A stretch of DNA of 64,000 bases, taken from the NCBI GenBank assembly GCA_965218375.1, contig OZ244618.1, forward strand, positions 1,020,705 to 1,084,704, read 5' to 3'. The stretch is from Alphaproteobacteria bacterium. Lineage in GTDB: Bacteria > Pseudomonadota > Alphaproteobacteria > G965218375. The notes beneath the pieces were generated by a model. That model had not been told where the DNA came from and searched no databases. It was given only the letters and a program-made list of their open reading frames with translations. Below, piece after piece: positions 59,535 to 64,000 of this stretch. Made by a program: the position numbers and the translations under genes. Position 1 is the stretch's first letter; the number at the start of each line of letters is the position of its first letter.

Positions 59535-60803
59535 TTACGACACAGCAGAGATATTTTCACGCTTCCCAAGAACCCCCTGAGAAATACTCTTGGGTAAATT
59601 ATCAGCAACACGCTCTGTGCTACTTACCCAGGGTAGGAAAATTAAGAAATGTGCAAAATAATAAAATGTTGCGACCCGACCAACCGTTAGCCACGTAATG
59701 AACTCGATGCCAAAAGGGTGATCAGAAGGAGAGTTGGCTCCAACGAGTCCAAGCAAGAAGCAATTAAAAAAGAAAACCCAAAAAAACTGACGATAAACAG
59801 GTCGGAAATTACAGGATCTTACTTTGGAACGGTCTAACCAAGGAACAAAAACCAAGATTACAATTGAAGCAACCATTGCAATCACACCCAATAACTTATC
59901 AGGAATCGACCTTAAAATGGCATAAAAAGTTAAAAAGTACCATTCAGGGACAATATGTGCCGGCGTGACCAAGGGGTTAGCAGGAATATAGTTATCTGCG
60001 TGGCCCAAATAGTTAGGTGCAAAAAAGACAAAAATTGCATAAAACACCCCAACAAACCCGAAACCTGCAAAATCTTTCCACGTATACAGAGGGTGGAAGG
60101 ACACAGTATCTTGAGGTGACTTAACATCAATTCCTAAGGGGTTATTAGACTTTGCCGTATGCAAAGCAACTAAGTGTAAGAACACTAAAGCTAAAATGAC
60201 AAAAGGCATAACATAATGAAGGGCAAAGAAACGGTTTAAAGTTGGGTTATCAACCGAAAACCCTCCCCACAGCCAGTGGACGAGAGACTGTCCGACCCAA
60301 GGAACTGCCGACACCATGTTGGTAATAACTGTCGCTCCCCAGAATGACATTTGCCCCCACGGCAAAACATATCCCATGAATGCAGTCAAGGTCATCAACA
60401 ACAAGATAATGACACCAATAATCCACAAAAGCTCACGAGGATACTTATAAGAGCCATAATATAATCCCCGGAAAATATGAATAAAGACGACAATAAAAAA
60501 GAAACTCGCGCCATTCATATGCATATAGCGGATAAGCCACCCACTATTCACATTCCGCATTATGTGTTCAATAGATGAAAAAGCAAGGTCAGCATGGGGC
60601 GTATAATGCATAACCAGCACAATGCCTGTGACGATTTGAATAATCAAAAATACACTCGCCAACGAACCAAAGCCCCACCACCAGTTAAGGTTTTTGGGCA
60701 CGGGGTATTCATATAACGTGTGATGCATTATAGAGAACAACGGTAGGCGTTGATCTATCCATCCTATAACTGGGTTCGAAAACTTATGAGAATCTCCGCT
60801 CAT
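59535..60803 (-). CDS. petB: Cytochrome b
   Basis: 422 aa with eight TM helices and conserved His haem ligands; typical cytochrome b N-terminus ([17 protein letters not shown]). Confidence 0.9.
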   Translation of the reverse strand: MSGDSHKFSNPVIGWIDQRLPLFSIMHHTLYEYPVPKNLNWWWGFGSLASVFLIIQIVTGIVLVMHYTPHADLAFSSIEHIMRNVNSGWLIRYMHMNGASFFFIVVFIHIFRGLYYGSYKYPRELLWIIGVIILLLMTLTAFMGYVLPWGQMSFWGATVITNMVSAVPWVGQSLVHWLWGGFSVDNPTLNRFFALHYVMPFVILALVFLHLVALHTAKSNNPLGIDVKSPQDTVSFHPLYTWKDFAGFGFVGVFYAIFVFFAPNYLGHADNYIPANPLVTPAHIVPEWYFLTFYAILRSIPDKLLGVIAMVASIVILVFVPWLDRSKVRSCNFRPVYRQFFWVFFFNCFLLGLVGANSPSDHPFGIEFITWLTVGRVATFYYFAHFLIFLPWVSSTERVADNLPKSISQGVLGKRENISAVS

Positions 60804-60820
60804 TGTCTTTACTCTCTTAT

Positions 60821-61354
60821 TTAACCAATTAACAACGTGTTACTATCTATAAAATCATATTTTGGTATTACCAAGTTCGTAGGCGCAGGCCCTTTACGAA
60901 TTCTTCCAGAAATATCATAATGCGATCCATGACATGGGCAGTACCAGCCCCCATAGTCACCTTCACTATCCACGGGGATGCACCCTAAATGCGTACACGA
61001 ACCAATCATTACCAACCACTCAGACTTCTTTACACGCTCAGAGTCTAATTGCGGATCTGGCATTGATTTGGCATCATCATCTATGGCGTGTGCAATTTCT
61101 TGCTCTGTTCGGTGACGAATAAAAACAGGCTTACCGCGCCAGCTAACACGAACCGTCTGCCCGACATTAATACCGGACAAATCTACCTCTACAGTAGAAA
61201 GAGCAAGAACACTTGAAGATGGATTCATTTGATTAATAAAAGGCCACGCCATACCTACAACGCCAACCCCCACAAAAGAAGCAGCAGCAATATTAATAAA
61301 GTCTCGCCGACCTTCTGTCTCTTCCGCAGAATCCTTGTCTTCATTTTCAATCAT
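60821..61354 (-). CDS. petA: Ubiquinol-cytochrome c reductase Rieske iron-sulfur subunit
   Basis: Rieske boxes CTHLGC and CPCHGSHYD; Tat-like N-terminus ([10 protein letters not shown]). The internal Met is used as start; the ORF track 5' end is 61399. Confidence 0.85.
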   Translation of the reverse strand: MIENEDKDSAEETEGRRDFINIAAASFVGVGVVGMAWPFINQMNPSSSVLALSTVEVDLSGINVGQTVRVSWRGKPVFIRHRTEQEIAHAIDDDAKSMPDPQLDSERVKKSEWLVMIGSCTHLGCIPVDSEGDYGGWYCPCHGSHYDISGRIRKGPAPTNLVIPKYDFIDSNTLLIG

Positions 61355-62124
61355 CAATGCACCCCTATAAATCAACTTATTACACAACAATAAAACCATG
61401 CGTAGCGTACAATCACATTTAAAGAATGTGTTTTAAATTCTCAAAAGCAAAAGTAGGATACTTTTAAGATATAATCCAGCTAAACACGTCATCGCAAGTA
61501 ATTTATATATCCATCAACTACATATTATACAAGCATCAAAACAATATATACAGCAATAAATTTAGTGATACGCATTGCATATCTCCTAACCAAGACAAAT
61601 TTGATTTGAAAAAAAATTATTTATTACGACTATGCAAGTTTATACTAAAAAAACCCAATAAATACTAGACATTTAAAGCTATATACCCTAATCACAATCA
61701 TATATAAAATATTTATCCATAAATGACGTGTTATGTACATAATGCAGACGATTATACACGCAAGCAAAGTTTTCAGGCGTTAAGAGCTTATTTTATACGA
61801 AATAACATATGAGGATATTACAATATATAATCAAAATGACATAAATCTTTCACCAAACCTACTATACCTAGTTATATGACGAATGATTTATTATACAGAT
61901 AAAAACAATAAGTTAGGTAAAGTTTTTTTATATTTTGTTACATGGTAAAAATAAATATGAAGTTTCTATGTCTATAGCTCTTTTATTTTTAAAGAACAAA
62001 CAACATATTAACTCTTATCAGAAGAAAACAAAACATACACTCTCTTACAAACTAACTGTTCTATCAAAAAATTTAACACTATCCCTCTCCGTACCCCTAT
62101 GGGAGCCAAGGAGCCTTATCAAGC

Positions 62125-63003
62125 ATGCCAAATTTACAAGCTATGACACCAGTAAAAGAAGACCAGGTTGAGTATCAAAATACTGTACAGGTGTGGCATC
62201 GGTCACTACGTGACCAAATTTGTACTGAACTTGAACGCCTTGAAGATATTTACGCTGGCCCTCATTGTGATGAAATGCCTCCGGGGCGTTTTGTTTATAA
62301 AGACTGGAGCAGATCTGGTGGTGGGGGAGGTCAGTCCGCCCTCATGAAAGGGCGCGTTTTCGAAAAAGTTGGCGTGAATATATCCACGGTTTGGGGACAG
62401 CTATCTCCTCAGTTTAAAAAAGAGGTTAAAGGCGCTGCTGATGATCCACGATTTTGGGCAACTGGCATCTCTTTGGTCGCCCACCCTCGGAATCCTCTCG
62501 TGCCAGCCATTCATATGAACACGCGTTATATTATTACTACCGAGCATTGGTTTGGCGGCGTGATGGACTTAAATCCAGCGATACCCTTTGAACAAGACAC
62601 CAACGACTTTCATGCCATACTGCGTGAAAAGTGCGACAAGCATGACCCAAGCTATTATCCGCGGTTTAAACAATGGTGTGATGAGTATTTTTATATTAAA
62701 CACCGCAAACGGATCAGAGGCGTTGGGGGAATTTTTTATGACCACCTCAATACGAGTTGGGAAGACAACTTTGCGTTCAGCCAAGATATTGGTAACACAT
62801 TTAATAAAATCTATCCTGATTTAGTTTCGCGTCACATTGATTCGCCATGGACAGATGATCAACGGGAAACCCTTCTTCGATACCGCGGCAACTATGCTGA
62901 GTTTAATCTTATTTATGATCGCGGCACGCGCTTTGGCCTGATGACCGATGGTAATACGGATTCCATCTTAATGTCTCTCCCGCCAGAGGCAAAGTGGCCT
63001 TAA
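62125..63003 (+). CDS. hemF: Oxygen-dependent coproporphyrinogen III oxidase
   Basis: 292 aa with HemF signatures (RFWATGISLVAHPRNP, YIKHRKRIRGVGGIFYDHL). Confidence 0.9.
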   Translation: MPNLQAMTPVKEDQVEYQNTVQVWHRSLRDQICTELERLEDIYAGPHCDEMPPGRFVYKDWSRSGGGGGQSALMKGRVFEKVGVNISTVWGQLSPQFKKEVKGAADDPRFWATGISLVAHPRNPLVPAIHMNTRYIITTEHWFGGVMDLNPAIPFEQDTNDFHAILREKCDKHDPSYYPRFKQWCDEYFYIKHRKRIRGVGGIFYDHLNTSWEDNFAFSQDIGNTFNKIYPDLVSRHIDSPWTDDQRETLLRYRGNYAEFNLIYDRGTRFGLMTDGNTDSILMSLPPEAKWP

Positions 63004-63018
63004 TATCCTCCCCTTAAT

Positions 63019-64000
63019 TTAGCACGTGCTATCATCTGCATGTTTGAGTCTGATAAAGTCTTCTAAAAGCTCTGTCTGGGTTAAGGAAAAGGTGCTTTGG
63101 ATCCAAATAGCCTCTAATTTCTTAAGATAGCGCCCGACCAATGGTCCTTGCGGGAGCCCCTCACGAATTAAATCATGCCCCACCAGGGGAAATAGTGGTT
63201 TAACCCATTTTTGGACTGCCTGTAATTTTTCTTGGGTAAGACTCTGGCTTAAAACCAACCAATCTAAACATAAGGCCGTCCCATATCGATAAAGCGCTTC
63301 GTGCATCAAAACAGGTTCCCCCTCAAGAATCTGATGAAGCCTCGCAATATGCCGAGAGTAGGTATTGCTCAATCGCAGACGCCCATACCCAATAGATTTT
63401 CCTAATAACGCGGCCAATCGTCGGCGCGGACAAGGCTCCAAGCCAAAGGTACGCTCTATTTTAATAACCGCCCCTAAACCCTTTAAAGCAACGCCCTTTG
63501 GTAAAATCTGCTCGAGTGCACCGATACTATGGGCAGAAGTTAGGGCGGCCATAGGGTTTTGAACACCCAGGATTTTGAGCACTTCATCAGTGATACGTTC
63601 CCGAGATAGCTGGCTTAACCCCTCAATATTACGCGCACATGCCGCCACCCCTTGAGGATCTGCCTCTTGAAGGCCAAACCGCGCCATGAATCTAAAAAAT
63701 CGCAAAATTCGCAAATAATCTTCGCGTATACGCACATCTGCATCACCAATAAAGATCACTTGCAGAGGGACAAGGTGGCGAGCGCCGCCAACAGGATCGA
63801 AAATGTGACCTGTCTCATCTAAATAAAGGGCATTGATAGTGAAGTCGCGCCGTTTTGCATCTTCGGCCCACTCCCTGGTAAACTCTACAACTGCACGCCG
63901 ACCGTCCGTATCAACATCTCGGCGCAACGTGGTCACTTCTACAGACTGACCATAGGAGAGAACGGTAACCGTACCGTGACCTTTCCCCGTATGTACCCCC
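63019..64000 (-). CDS. CCA tRNA nucleotidyltransferase / poly(A) polymerase family protein, 5'-truncated by the window edge
   Basis: Head-domain motifs (EVTTLRRDVDTDGR, RRDFTINALY). The reading frame stays open upstream to position 64000. The ORF-track 'start' at 63936 is only an in-frame GTG. Confidence 0.8.
   Translation of the reverse strand, partial: GVHTGKGHGTVTVLSYGQSVEVTTLRRDVDTDGRRAVVEFTREWAEDAKRRDFTINALYLDETGHIFDPVGGARHLVPLQVIFIGDADVRIREDYLRILRFFRFMARFGLQEADPQGVAACARNIEGLSQLSRERITDEVLKILGVQNPMAALTSAHSIGALEQILPKGVALKGLGAVIKIERTFGLEPCPRRRLAALLGKSIGYGRLRLSNTYSRHIARLHQILEGEPVLMHEALYRYGTALCLDWLVLSQSLTQEKLQAVQKWVKPLFPLVGHDLIREGLPQGPLVGRYLKKLEAIWIQSTFSLTQTELLEDFIRLKHADDSTC

Noticed and set aside
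61935-62171. 78-aa ORF in the petA-hemF spacer overlapping the hemF start
   Set aside because: AT-rich, low-complexity, and out of frame with hemF.

Overview
This window is a low-GC stretch of core chromosome from an alphaproteobacterium with Rhizobiales-type gene content. By eye the coding sequence is about 40% GC and the spacers are far more AT-rich, which together with the gene content suggests a Bartonella-like, reduced genome; that assignment is inference only. I can support about 60 protein-coding genes, one tRNA-Gly(GCC), one probable SRP RNA (ffs) upstream of dnaX, three intrinsic terminators and one small tandem repeat. The main gene groups, in order, are:
- miaB-phoH-ybeY-corC, then fur and mucR/ros;
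- a gldA/F/G-like ABC system with a DUF4340 gene, then an MscS channel and a lone ABC-2 permease;
- argD-argF-hslO, trkH, and a small XRE regulator next to a Cache-type MCP;
- mlaEF-radA-cvpA, acs, yggT, aspartate aminotransferase and uvrB;
- trm112/DUF971, a Lon-N-domain protein with ybbN, and the rimP-nusA-ylxR-infB operon;
- an SDR, a PCu(A)C copper chaperone, recR-ybaB-dnaX, and ihfB-lapA;
- pyrF, accD, folC, ychF-pth-rplY-prs, a lipoprotein with a MidA-like methyltransferase and lgt, a UbiK-like protein, proC, petABC, hemF and a partial cca/pcnB.

I saw no mobile elements, CRISPR array, prophage or toxin/defence modules. I did not find a convincing multi-gene novel system and say so rather than over-interpret.

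The observations most worth a second look are:
- An accessory-looking locus at 18.4-22.1 kb. A small XRE regulator and a Cache-MCP sit between ~600-700 bp AT-rich spacers, and 520 bp upstream there is a decayed duplicate of the regulator's N-terminus.
- A probable ffs gene, currently hidden under a spurious ORF.
- Two gaps in expected synteny: no purF after radA-cvpA, and no rbfA-truB-rpsO-pnp after infB.
- A perfect GC-rich 17-bp tandem repeat inside the AT-rich spacer beside mucR.
- A leader attenuator hairpin before rimP-nusA-infB.
- Three uncharacterised proteins: an exported protein after hslO, a lipoprotein beside lgt, and a 199-aa protein between proC and petC.

Several ORF-track starts are over-extended (pth, rplY, prs, petA, petC, PCu(A)C, MCP), and I list corrected starts in the features.
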